A DNA stretch of 17,585 nt from a virus: the UHGV virus genome UHGV-0376136; one strand, 5' to 3'. Under the pieces are notes generated by a model. The model was not told the origin of the DNA. It made no database searches and saw only the letters and a list, made by a program, of their open reading frames with translations. How positions within the stretch are numbered: the stretch's first letter is position 1; the number at the start of each line of letters is the position of its first letter. Made by a program: the position numbers and the translations under genes. Positions 1 through 7,802 of the stretch are shown here, one piece after another.

Positions 1-2041
1 CTGCAGGTTCGGTATATTCCTCAATTACCTCAGTCGGCACCTGCTCGGTATACTCCTCCTCGACATCTTCAAGCTCTGCCTCATAAACAAAAAGCTGTTT
101 GCCTGCCTCGTCAAGACGCGGAGAACCATCCTCGTTAAAGACAAATACCTGGATAAGCTTAGGTGTCTGATACTCTTCCTGAACTACCCTCTTGATGCGT
201 TCTCCATCTTCTGTTTCTTCATCCACAAGTATTTCGCGCGTGGCCGTCATCATCACAGGTCGCTTTACTGTGCGGGTTTTTGTCACTTCCATCATGCGGC
301 TGACAGTGCGGGTTTTTGTTACTCGCTCCCCCTCATTGGTCCGCACTGAAATATATTGGTCTTCCCATTCGTCGTAACAGAGGAGCCCGAGACCGAAGCC
401 ATCAATGCCATGCGATGCAAACACCTCCTCCACGCGCTGCGCAATAAGGCCGAAGTGCCAGCGCGCACCGTCTTCGCCTTTTTGCGCAACCGCATCATCA
501 AACTTAAACCGCGTGCGCCAGCTGACTTCCTCCCAGGCATCGAGGACCACATCAGGGATCGCTTCCTTAATTGGCTTGTGATTGTCATCGGAGGTGTTAA
601 TCGCACCAGTACCAAAATAGGCAGTACGTCCTCGATATGAGGCTGAGCCATAATCGAACTGGTTATCGGCGCTCGGGCGCTGGGTGCAGTTATAGGTGAC
701 AATCCCGGCTTTTATCTCATAGTTACCTTGCCCATCTGTTGCACTACCACCGCTAACCACTACGCGAGCGTCAAAAGCAGAGCCAGCCCCACTGGACCGG
801 TATATTGTTTGCACCGTGCTTGCAATAGTTGGAGACCCTACTGACGTAAACGCCCCTGAGTCTTCTAATTGCAAAGATTTGGTGCTGAGCTTAACCAGGT
901 TGTGGAAAATGATGTGGTTCACTTCAACCAACGAACCGAGGGAAAGGACGCGGTCTATTTTTGGGCAGTCGACGGAAAGTACACGGCTGTCTTCACCAAA
1001 TACTGCCCCGCCATTCTGCGGGCCAAAGGCAATACCGGTTCGCCAGGTGCAGGCGCTACCCATGTTACCGACGCTAATTGCAGCATCAATTACGTCGCCG
1101 CGTTTTGCCTTGGTGCCGCCGATTTGCAGGCCGGTTCTGATGTTTGAGCTGGCACCCTCCGGAATGCCGACGTTGAATTCAGCCCCCGTGACATTGAGCG
1201 TATACATAGCCCCTGGGGTAAGCGTTCCGTAGAAATTACCACCAAAATAAGCCCCCTTAGCGCCAGCAAGCGATACTCCACCGTCTCCAGTTGAGGAGGT
1301 CGCAAAGCCGGTGACGCCTACATAGTTTCTGTCAGTATTTGTTGCATCAGTCTGACCAAGCTGCTCAAGGATGAATTCAGCAGCGTGGCGGCCGCCTTTA
1401 CATCCCGCCCCCCCGAATTTGTGATTCAAGAGGAATCCGTCAACCTTTGTTCCGGGAACCATGTCATCAACAGCATTGAAACGGTCATCGTCAATCCTGA
1501 TATAATTGAACTTGGCCGTGTTGACAGTGAGCCCGCTCCCGGTAATCGGCTCCGCAAGATGAACCCCGATCCCTCGGGTAATATCATCTCCGAATTTCTC
1601 TCCTGGCCGCCCCTGCAGAATTGAAAACTTATCCAGTCCTCGGCTCATTACCCCAGGACCTACTAATGCAGCGCCGCCCAGCGCAGCTAATTCAGCCCTT
1701 AACTGGTCTGGAGCATATTTCAGAACATCAGCAAAATAGAATTGTTGGGTGCCGTATGAATCGCGAATCTCCATGCTGTAATTTTGCACGGTGACGAATT
1801 TAACAATCTGACCGTTATAAACGGGGAATCCGCCAGCATTTATTCGCAATGGCTGAGGTACTGGAACATGGGTCCCATCTTCATTCTCAATATAAACCTG
1901 AATTTGGTTAGCAGGATTCGTAGGATCTGTATCCACTAGCCCAATAAAGATTTCTCCATTGGCAACAGCCTTAAATGCACGAGCCATAGTAAATGGCTGG
2001 CTAGGCATGGCGATAAGAACATTGGCTGCAATGTCTGTCAT
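1..2041 (-). CDS. Tailspike / tail fibre, 3'-partial (C-terminus beyond window start). P22 gp9-like N-terminal head-binding domain, a different Gly-rich receptor-binding region, and a C-terminal S74-type intramolecular chaperone domain.
   Basis: ATG at 2041..2039 (minus) after GGAG RBS; translation begins [56 protein letters not shown], matching my recollection of the P22 tailspike N-terminus. Frame checked at 2041, 1207 and 667 (all the same phase). No stop seen in my translation down to position 1, which explains its absence from the ORF track; track ORFs 319..702 and 1090..1305 are off-frame. C-terminal part has ...[34 protein letters not shown]...[14 protein letters not shown]..., resembling the endosialidase/T5 chaperone motif. 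Confidence 0.8.
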   Translation of the reverse strand, partial: MTDIAANVLIAMPSQPFTMARAFKAVANGEIFIGLVDTDPTNPANQIQVYIENEDGTHVPVPQPLRINAGGFPVYNGQIVKFVTVQNYSMEIRDSYGTQQFYFADVLKYAPDQLRAELAALGGAALVGPGVMSRGLDKFSILQGRPGEKFGDDITRGIGVHLAEPITGSGLTVNTAKFNYIRIDDDRFNAVDDMVPGTKVDGFLLNHKFGGAGCKGGRHAAEFILEQLGQTDATNTDRNYVGVTGFATSSTGDGGVSLAGAKGAYFGGNFYGTLTPGAMYTLNVTGAEFNVGIPEGASSNIRTGLQIGGTKAKRGDVIDAAISVGNMGSACTWRTGIAFGPQNGGAVFGEDSRVLSVDCPKIDRVLSLGSLVEVNHIIFHNLVKLSTKSLQLEDSGAFTSVGSPTIASTVQTIYRSSGAGSAFDARVVVSGGSATDGQGNYEIKAGIVTYNCTQRPSADNQFDYGSASYRGRTAYFGTGAINTSDDNHKPIKEAIPDVVLDAWEEVSWRTRFKFDDAVAQKGEDGARWHFGLIAQRVEEVFASHGIDGFGLGLLCYDEWEDQYISVRTNEGERVTKTRTVSRMMEVTKTRTVKRPVMMTATREILVDEETEDGERIKRVVQEEYQTPKLIQVFVFNEDGSPRLDEAGKQLFVYEAELEDVEEEYTEQVPTEVIEEYTEPA

Positions 2042-2098
2042 TTAATTTGCTCCAGATACAAGGAATCGCCGCAGCGTAGCTACGGTGAATTTTGGGCA

Positions 2099-2122
2099 TA
2101 AAAAAACCCAGCCGAAGCTGGG
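2099..2122 (-). terminator. Rho-independent terminator between ant and the tailspike gene
   Basis: Plus strand 2107..2122 cccagc-cgaa-gctggg perfect 6-bp stem with tetraloop, preceded on plus by an A6 run (a U-run on the minus-strand transcript); sits 20 nt after the ant stop. Confidence 0.65.
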
Positions 2123-2141
2123 TCGTTGCGTTGGTTATCTG

Positions 2142-3020
2142 TCAGTAGTTATGTACTGAAGGAGGTAATTCTTTATTCTTAAGTCTTATCCATGCGGAAA
2201 GATTCGTTGGTCCGTCTGGCTCATTAATATCAACATCTCGTGTGTGGTTTATTAAAACGTCTCTCGCCATTCCGATAACATACGAGAATTCATGACCGTA
2301 GTCGTAGCATCTGCCGGAATAGTTCGATTGAATTTGTTTTAGCGCCGGATACAGTTCGCGGAATAATGCCTGTGAACGGTTAGCATAATCCCATAGCCAT
2401 ACAAGGCTGTTTGCTTCTTTTGCAGAAAGCTCGTTGGTTTTCTTCTCTTGTTTGCCAATGAACTCACCTTCAAGCACTACCCTGTGGATGTACTCTACGG
2501 CCAGCGGGATTTGTTCAATTGAAAGCTCATCAATGCTGTCAATACCAAAACGCTGATGAACCATATTGTATGCATCGTCATAGCGAAGTCCTTTCTTTCC
2601 TACCAGCATGTTTACTGCATCGCGTAGCGGTGTTCTTTCCTCAACAGTGGTTTTCTTTCCTTTTACATACTCGCCATGTTTGCGAATTGAAGGCAGAACT
2701 TCTGCTGTTACCCACTTGCGGAATTTGTGCGGGACTGAACCTTTATTGACTGCATCGCGGCAGCGCAGAACCAATGTATACATACCTGATTCGCTCACAA
2801 TGCTTAGATTCTGCTCACCACCAAGGGTGTAACTTAAAGTTACTCCCTTTTCATCGTCATCAAGTGCAGTAAGCGCCTTGCGTGAGTTAGTCAAAGCTAA
2901 AGCATCACAAACATCTTTAGCTACAAACCACGGCTCGCCGCACTTGTTAATGACGCGAATTTCACTGTCGCCAAATTTGAAGATGGTGAAATCGTTTTGT
3001 GCCTTTGCTATACTTTTCAT
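2142..3020 (-). CDS. ant: Antirepressor Ant (Bro-N/AntA-type N-terminal domain), 292 aa
   Basis: Track ORF 2142..3086 trimmed to ATG at 3020 ([41 protein letters not shown]...[13 protein letters not shown]...[17 protein letters not shown]), colinear with my recollection of P22 Ant; the track start at 3086 is a GTG. Position after arc and before tailspike matches P22 immI. Confidence 0.85.
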   Translation of the reverse strand: MKSIAKAQNDFTIFKFGDSEIRVINKCGEPWFVAKDVCDALALTNSRKALTALDDDEKGVTLSYTLGGEQNLSIVSESGMYTLVLRCRDAVNKGSVPHKFRKWVTAEVLPSIRKHGEYVKGKKTTVEERTPLRDAVNMLVGKKGLRYDDAYNMVHQRFGIDSIDELSIEQIPLAVEYIHRVVLEGEFIGKQEKKTNELSAKEANSLVWLWDYANRSQALFRELYPALKQIQSNYSGRCYDYGHEFSYVIGMARDVLINHTRDVDINEPDGPTNLSAWIRLKNKELPPSVHNY

Positions 3021-3095
3021 GTCAATATTTCCTAAGCCGATTTGTTGATACCGAAGCCCTGACTGTTCCCGCAGTTGGGGCTTCACTGTTTTGAT
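3021..3095 (+). ncRNA. sar: Candidate sar-like antisense RNA covering the ant ribosome-binding site
   Basis: Plus-strand -10 TATACT (3009..3014) with weak -35 GTGAAA (2986..2991, 17-bp spacer) predicts a start near 3021, antisense to the ant start region. A plus-strand terminator-like hairpin follows. Arrangement analogous to P22 sar as I recall it; ends approximate. Confidence 0.3.
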
Positions 3096-3100
3096 TTCTT
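3053..3100 (+). terminator. Plus-strand terminator-like hairpin in the arc-ant spacer (proposed sar terminator)
   Basis: GAAGCCC (3053..3059) pairs with GGGCTTC (3078..3084); inner stem ACTG/CAGT; followed by T-rich actgttttgatttcttt. The minus-strand side is not T-rich, so it appears unidirectional. Confidence 0.4.
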
Positions 3101-3252
3101 TGCCGCATCAAGCATCACTTCTGAAAACGTGCGCTTGCCACTGAATACTCTTTCTCTTCTCAATTTTTCGTTCGTGCCAAATGATTCGCCATGAACAAAA
3201 TTTGGTCTTAAAATGGTAATCGCAATCTCTTTGACTACTGCATCCAAGCGAA

Positions 3253-3393
3253 TCACACCGTTATCCCCTCTCTCTTCAGGCTGTCCATCACCCGTTTAAT
3301 TACTTCTGCGCTAAATGAGCGACACTCTTCCTTTGCTTTCTCTTCAAGGATTTTTTCTAACTTCTCTGGCATACGCAGTGTTTTTACCTTCAT
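3253..3393 (-). CDS. arc: Arc-like ribbon-helix-helix repressor, 46 aa
   Basis: Not in ORF track (<60 aa). Minus-strand ATG at 3393 after GGAGGA RBS; translation MKVKTLRMPEKLEKILEEKAKEECRSFSAEVIKRVMDSLKREGITV, stop TGA at 3253..3255. Resembles P22 Arc as I recall it (...LRWPREVLDLVRKVAEENGRSVNSEIYQRVMESFKKEG...). Confidence 0.8.
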   Translation of the reverse strand: MKVKTLRMPEKLEKILEEKAKEECRSFSAEVIKRVMDSLKREGITV

Positions 3394-3405
3394 TGCATCC
3401 TCCGT

Positions 3406-3470
3406 TGTATGTGGTACGCATACATAGTATTTAGGTACGCATTGATAGTCAATAGATACCTACATATCCT
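3406..3470. promoter_or_regulatory. Divergent Pant/Pmnt promoter region with two palindromic operator candidates
   Basis: Minus-strand promoter: -35 TTGACT (plus 3447..3452), 17-bp spacer, -10 TACTAT (plus 3424..3429). Plus-strand promoter: -35 TTGATA (3442..3447), -10 TATCCT (3465..3470). Palindrome A: TGTATG-N7-CATACA (3406..3424). Palindrome B: TAGGTA-cgc-ATTGA-TAG-TCAAT-aga-TACCTA (3432..3462). Direct repeat GGTACGCAT at 3413..3421 and 3434..3442. Confidence 0.55.
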
Positions 3471-3498
3471 GTGGTAAAAAATTATTCAGGATGCGCCG

Positions 3499-3750
3499 AT
3501 GTCTGATCGTAAGTACAAAAACCCTCAAGTGAATCTGAGGCTTCCTGTAGAGATAAAGGAACGTCTTATTGAACTGGCTGAGGCTAATTCTCGTTCATTA
3601 AATGCTGAGATGGTCGCGGCACTTGAAGCATGGACCGAAAAAAATAAACACATTCAAGCACTAGACCTTGCAACTATAGCATCACGATTGATAGATCTTG
3701 AACACGATGTTGAGACGCTAAAGACCATGTATGCTAAGGATGAAAAATAA
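3499..3750 (+). CDS. mnt: Mnt-like ribbon-helix-helix repressor, 83 aa
   Basis: ATG 3499 with AGGA RBS 7 nt upstream; N-terminus NPQVNLRLPVEIKERLIELAEANSRSLNAEMVAALEAW fits the RHH beta-strand plus two helices; same length as P22 Mnt; divergent from arc across the operator region. Confidence 0.7.
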   Translation: MSDRKYKNPQVNLRLPVEIKERLIELAEANSRSLNAEMVAALEAWTEKNKHIQALDLATIASRLIDLEHDVETLKTMYAKDEK

Positions 3751-4286
3751 TGCTGCACACAATTCACTTCTTATGCCCTGTTAACACTGCCACTGTTGGG
3801 CAACTTCAGAACCACTGTCTCACCGCATTATCTCAAGGCGCAACTGAATTAAATATCCATATATCAAGTCAGGGAGGGGAAACTGCCGCTGGCTTTACTG
3901 CGTATAACTTTCTTAAGTCACTCCCTGTTACCGTTAGAACTCACAACATAAGCAATGTTGAATCCATAGCTAATATCGTTTTCCTGGCTGGCTCAGAACG
4001 TTTCGCAAACCCATTATCAAGATTCCTGTTACATCCTCTATTATGGGGCTTTGCCACCCCAGCCGCCGACCATGCCAGATTGAGAGAGTACGGGAAATGC
4101 CTCGATAACGATCTTGATCGCTTCGTTGAGACGTTCAATATCGACATCGGAACCCATATTAGGTGGGCATCCCTGATAGCAGACTCGACCATTTTGGATG
4201 CTAACAAGGCTCTTGAGCATGGCATAATTAATTCCATAAAAACTGCAAGGCTGGTATCCAATCAGGCAAACTGGTGGGTTGTTTGA
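3750..4286 (+). CDS. ClpP-like (S14-type, ClpP-fold) serine protease homologue, N-terminally truncated relative to ClpP, 178 aa
   Basis: Start ATG overlaps the mnt stop (TAATG at 3748..3752). By-eye alignment to E. coli ClpP: ISSQGGETAAGFTAY vs INSPGGVITAGMSIY; NVESIANIVFLAG vs QAASMGAFLLTAG (Ser aligned); PLSRFLLHP vs PNSRVMIHQP (His aligned); KALEHGIINSI vs EAVEYGLVDSI. Confidence 0.75.
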   Translation: MLHTIHFLCPVNTATVGQLQNHCLTALSQGATELNIHISSQGGETAAGFTAYNFLKSLPVTVRTHNISNVESIANIVFLAGSERFANPLSRFLLHPLLWGFATPAADHARLREYGKCLDNDLDRFVETFNIDIGTHIRWASLIADSTILDANKALEHGIINSIKTARLVSNQANWWVV

Positions 4287-4311
4287 TGGGTAAATCATGA
4301 TTACTCCTTAT

Positions 4312-4336
4312 AAAAAACCCACCTGAAGGTGGGTTT
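4312..4336. terminator. Bidirectional rho-independent terminator between the convergent ClpP-like and 322-aa genes
   Basis: cccacc-tgaa-ggtggg (4318..4333) flanked by A6 (4312..4317) and ttt (4334..4336); strong T-run in the minus direction, weaker in the plus direction. Confidence 0.65.
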
Positions 4337-4341
4337 CATAA

Positions 4342-5310
4342 TTAGATTTCTGGTTTCATTCTTCCGAAAACCTTTTCTATTCCTTTTTCGTATTCTTCTC
4401 TTGTCTCACTCATCGCTGCGACACCAAGAAGCTTACCGATATGCTGACGCAAAGCCTTGACACCAATTTCAGAAAGGAACAGATGCAACTTATCAGATTG
4501 TTTTCCGTTCTCGTCTCGGCTGGCTCGAATCTGTTCAAGGATTTTACCTTTACTCTTTGCTAGCGGGGTATATATCTGCATGTTGGTTAGCTGCCCAAAA
4601 CGAATAGGCCGTCCTTTCTCTGGCCTATTCAGGCCGTACAGTCGATACCACTCCTCGTATAGCTCATCTGGAAATTCCTTTTCATATTGACGAGCCTCTT
4701 CACGAACAAACGCTTTGAACTCGTCAATGACAGCCTGAACTTCTGGACGATAACCAGCAAGCGCATACGCAACCCCCTTAATTCCCGCCTTAGCGGAGGC
4801 ATTAATAAGTCTCTGTGCTGCGGCGGCTGCCTTTAACCGTGATTGTGGTAGATCGTCATTATCTTTGGCTTCTATTAGTGCCCTACCAATATCAACAATT
4901 GCTGTAATGTCATAACCTAACGCTTGATGAACGGTTTTAGACTTCGAAGTAAGTTGAAATTTATAGGGATTTTCCATTTTTCGCTGCAATTCTAGATCTC
5001 GGTATTTGCTCATATACTGAGCGCCAAGCAGTTGATCTAAATCCCTGGCATGTTCACCAATCCCTAGCAACTGAGATAATCCAGTTTTCGTAACAACGAC
5101 AGTTTTCGACTCGTCATCCAGTACATAACATTCAGCATCAATGCCAAAATCATCTAAAAAGTTACCACGATGAGTTGCCCTGAGAATCTTACTTTTCCAT
5201 CTTGCAGCAGCTGCTTTCTTTGCTATTTCAGAACGCTGCTCTTTAGTCAGCGACTTTGCGCGAGCGATCCCGCCCTTAGCTTTCCCTTCGCCACTTTTCT
5301 TTTCAGTCAT
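4342..5310 (-). CDS. Hypothetical protein, 322 aa, with basic Lys/Ala-rich N-terminal putative DNA-binding segment (possibly P63C-family; unverified)
   Basis: Track ORF 4342..5373 starts at a TTG with no RBS; ATG at 5310 is preceded by AAAGGTG. N-terminus MTEKKSGEGKAKGGIARAKSLTKEQRSEIAKKAAAARWKSKILRATHRGNF... Strong upstream promoter and operator repeats. Confidence 0.7.
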   Translation of the reverse strand: MTEKKSGEGKAKGGIARAKSLTKEQRSEIAKKAAAARWKSKILRATHRGNFLDDFGIDAECYVLDDESKTVVVTKTGLSQLLGIGEHARDLDQLLGAQYMSKYRDLELQRKMENPYKFQLTSKSKTVHQALGYDITAIVDIGRALIEAKDNDDLPQSRLKAAAAAQRLINASAKAGIKGVAYALAGYRPEVQAVIDEFKAFVREEARQYEKEFPDELYEEWYRLYGLNRPEKGRPIRFGQLTNMQIYTPLAKSKGKILEQIRASRDENGKQSDKLHLFLSEIGVKALRQHIGKLLGVAAMSETREEYEKGIEKVFGRMKPEI

Positions 5311-5402
5311 AATGCAAGCACCTTTGTTGTGATGTATGCTTGCATTATATGCACTGTACACACATACAAGCAAGCATAAAACTAAAACAAAATGCTTGCA
5401 TT
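5311..5402. promoter_or_regulatory. Promoter for the 322-aa gene embedded in four copies of an ATGCTTGC-core operator motif (two inverted pairs)
   Basis: Minus-strand -10 TATAAT (plus 5344..5349), 18-bp spacer, -35 TTGCTT (plus 5368..5373). Motif copies: 5311..5320 (aatgcaagca), 5337..5346 (tgcttgcatt), 5370..5377 (gcaagcat), 5392..5402 (atgcttgcatt). Confidence 0.6.
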
Positions 5403-5466
5403 ACAACCGCGCTGCTCCAACTACACATTATCATCTGGTATCCTGCTCAAAACTAAGGAGGTTGGT

Positions 5467-5787
5467 GTGTATATATCGCTATCTACCATTTTTTTCATCT
5501 GCTTAGCTATTTGGCTTTTAAGAATATGGCAGGATTGCTCTGTCAGCCATGCTGCTGCGGTGAGAAATAAAAACGCCCTCATAAAAGAAGCTGAAAACGT
5601 TGTCTTATCAATGGATCACCTTTCATGGACCGAGATGACTACAGGGCAACAAGAGGTTTATGAGTGTGCGATTGAGCGGTTAAGGCTGCTTAAGTCGTAC
5701 AAAAAGAACCACGCACCCGACTCATTCCCATTCCTGAAAGAATGGCCGAGATGGTATGACCCGAAAAAAGCAACCATCAACCGCTAA
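5467..5787 (+). CDS. Small single-pass membrane protein, 106 aa from GTG (131 aa if the ATG at 5392 is used)
   Basis: AAGGAGG (5455..5461) 5 nt upstream of GTG 5467; product begins VYISLSTIFFICLAIWLLRIW (hydrophobic helix) followed by a charged soluble domain. Ends 8 nt from the convergent gp16 stop. Confidence 0.5.
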   Translation: MYISLSTIFFICLAIWLLRIWQDCSVSHAAAVRNKNALIKEAENVVLSMDHLSWTEMTTGQQEVYECAIERLRLLKSYKKNHAPDSFPFLKEWPRWYDPKKATINR

Positions 5788-5795
5788 CCAACTTT

Positions 5796-7802
5796 TTACT
5801 GCTGGGCTTTCTCACTTGAAGCCTGAATTAGAGGTGTAAGAGTTTCAGATACCCGCCTGATCGCTCTATCATAAGCAGTACTTCCTTTTGGTGTGTTTGC
5901 TAACTTTAGTAATGCGTTCCTCATCGCGCGTGACTCATAGCCCCTGCCAGCCATACCGATACCAGCTCCAACTGCCGCAACTTTTGCAAACATTGGATTT
6001 GTAACAGATGCAAGAGCTGTTATCAGCGCTGCTGGACCAGCTACCATTTGCCCTGTTAGTGGGCTTGCGGCAGCAGTAGCTGCCTGTCTAGTGGAATCAA
6101 GATATTTCATTATCCCATCAAGCTGTTTCCCATGCTCTCCTCTGAAGAACGTCTCAGCCTGCTTCCGATTCCTTTTCATTTCATTAATAAACTTCTCAAC
6201 GCTAAGCTTTCCTGAATCGCTTGTCGCCTTATCCATTGCACGCTGAACAAGTGCTGCTCTAGCATTTTGACGCCCACTATCATCAAGCAATCGATAAAGT
6301 TGCGCCCTTTCCGCTGGGCTTTGGCTGAATACTAGTTTAGTGACATCTTCTGGCGTTGTTTTACCACTCTGAATAGCTTTTTGGACACGTGTATTGCTCA
6401 TCATGTCGTTGAACTTTGCCCAAGAACGATCAACACGCAACATGTTTTGCGCTTCCTTCGCACCTAGTTTTGCGCCAACCGCTTTTTTCATGTCTGTTGT
6501 GTATGCGTTATAAACAGACTGCGCAGCTTTCTCCAGCGTATCTCTATCGACCTCGTCAGGTGCTGCCATAAAGCGCTTACGTAAGTTTGTACGGTTTTCT
6601 CTAGCTAATTGCAGGTTATTTGGACCGCTGGTGATGTCATTTCTAAACTGTTGAAGGACAGAAACAGCTGAGCGGTCTTGCGATACTCCTGGGCGAGTTA
6701 ACTTGGAAATCTGCTCATCAATTGCTTTCACTGTTCCAGTGATGTCAACAGGAGTATCCCCCATCAAACTGATGATCCTGTCGTACCGCTTGCCAGCAGC
6801 CTGAATAAATTGCTGCTGACCACGAGTAGCTGATTGGTAAAGTTGTGCGTCAGATATTCCACCAACATTATCGCTAAATGTTCTAACTAAATCTTCCCTG
6901 GCCTTTTGCTGTGCATTTCTTATCCCACCTGTTCCGGCTATTGGGATTCGCTCAGCCATAGCTCGTGCTTGCTTACCAATATTTGTTCCCGGTTCCACAA
7001 GATCTGTTGTCATCAGTGGCAAGTTGTTCTGCTTGGCAAAGTCAATCTGAGCTTGTTTTTCAGGAGCAATCTTACCCATAGCAGAACGAGACACTGCGCT
7101 TGCGGTGTTTTCTACACCCTTCAGTACCCCACCAAGACCAGCAGAAATTGCAGTTTGAACTGGATTAACATTCTCACCGCCAGCGATCTTTGTGGCACCC
7201 TGTAAAGCTAAATCAGTAGCGCCTGATTTTAGTGTTGCACCTACAACAGACGCAGCTCTACCTGCTGGAGTGAATGCAAGAGCATTTGCCAAGAATGACG
7301 TTATATCCTGCGGTGACAAACCAGGCTTGTTAAGTGCATATTCCCCTGAAGGAAGGGTGACTATGGAATTTCCCTTCTCATCCTTCCGGATTTTCCCGCC
7401 AATACTTTGCAGTATTTTCTCCTGTGAAGCGTCGGAACCAAATAGCTGCCCCAATCCAGCACGCAGCGCATCAGTGCTTAAGCTATTAAGCTCTGGAGCA
7501 GACCCAACATTTTGCAGTCTCTCCATTTCTGGTGTCATTCGGCTTTCACCGGTAACGGCATCGCGCATTGCAGCACCTAAAACAGCCCCTTGCTCAGCAG
7601 ATCGATCTAGTCCTTCCTTCTGCTGAGTGGCAAGCTGTGCATATCCTGATGCAAGTGAGTTGTCTGCTGGCGATTGCTGAACACCTTGTTGTGTTGGTGC
7701 TGACTGACCAGCAAAATACTCATCAATGGCGGTGCCAATATCTTCGGTGCTCGTACCATCAGGAAAGGTAAATGTCTTACCGTTTGCAGTTACTTTCATC
7801 AT
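5796..7802 (-). CDS. 16: Ejection (E) protein, P22 gp16 analogue, 668 aa
   Basis: Last gene of the late operon before the accessory region; 4-nt start overlap with the upstream gene; long Gly/Ala/Gln-rich protein; assigned by synteny with P22 order 7-20-16. Confidence 0.8.
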   Translation of the reverse strand: MMKVTANGKTFTFPDGTSTEDIGTAIDEYFAGQSAPTQQGVQQSPADNSLASGYAQLATQQKEGLDRSAEQGAVLGAAMRDAVTGESRMTPEMERLQNVGSAPELNSLSTDALRAGLGQLFGSDASQEKILQSIGGKIRKDEKGNSIVTLPSGEYALNKPGLSPQDITSFLANALAFTPAGRAASVVGATLKSGATDLALQGATKIAGGENVNPVQTAISAGLGGVLKGVENTASAVSRSAMGKIAPEKQAQIDFAKQNNLPLMTTDLVEPGTNIGKQARAMAERIPIAGTGGIRNAQQKAREDLVRTFSDNVGGISDAQLYQSATRGQQQFIQAAGKRYDRIISLMGDTPVDITGTVKAIDEQISKLTRPGVSQDRSAVSVLQQFRNDITSGPNNLQLARENRTNLRKRFMAAPDEVDRDTLEKAAQSVYNAYTTDMKKAVGAKLGAKEAQNMLRVDRSWAKFNDMMSNTRVQKAIQSGKTTPEDVTKLVFSQSPAERAQLYRLLDDSGRQNARAALVQRAMDKATSDSGKLSVEKFINEMKRNRKQAETFFRGEHGKQLDGIMKYLDSTRQAATAAASPLTGQMVAGPAALITALASVTNPMFAKVAAVGAGIGMAGRGYESRAMRNALLKLANTPKGSTAYDRAIRRVSETLTPLIQASSEKAQQ

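Noticed and set aside
319-702. 127-aa minus-strand ORF from the track
   Set aside because: Out of frame with, and wholly inside, the long tailspike reading frame that starts at 2041; no independent RBS or homology.
816-1232. Plus-strand ORFs 816..1232 and 869..1147 (also 356..640, 1385..1624)
   Set aside because: Antisense shadow ORFs inside the tailspike gene; Pro/Ser/Arg-rich low-complexity translations, no start signals.
2142-3086. 314-aa extended version of ant
   Set aside because: Track start is a GTG at 3086 without RBS; the ATG at 3020 has an RBS and aligns with the P22 Ant N-terminus as I recall it.
3750-4286. ClpP-like gene as a prohead maturation protease
   Set aside because: It lies outside the head module, on the opposite strand, coupled to mnt; P22-type coat proteins are not proteolytically processed. 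Treated as an accessory gene instead.
3941-4298. Minus-strand ORFs 3941..4261 and 4041..4298
   Set aside because: Antisense to the ClpP-like gene, no RBS and no recognisable features.
4342-5373. 343-aa extended version of the 322-aa gene
   Set aside because: Would start at a TTG lying within the predicted -35 (5368..5373) of its own promoter; ATG 5310 with AAAGGTG RBS is preferred.
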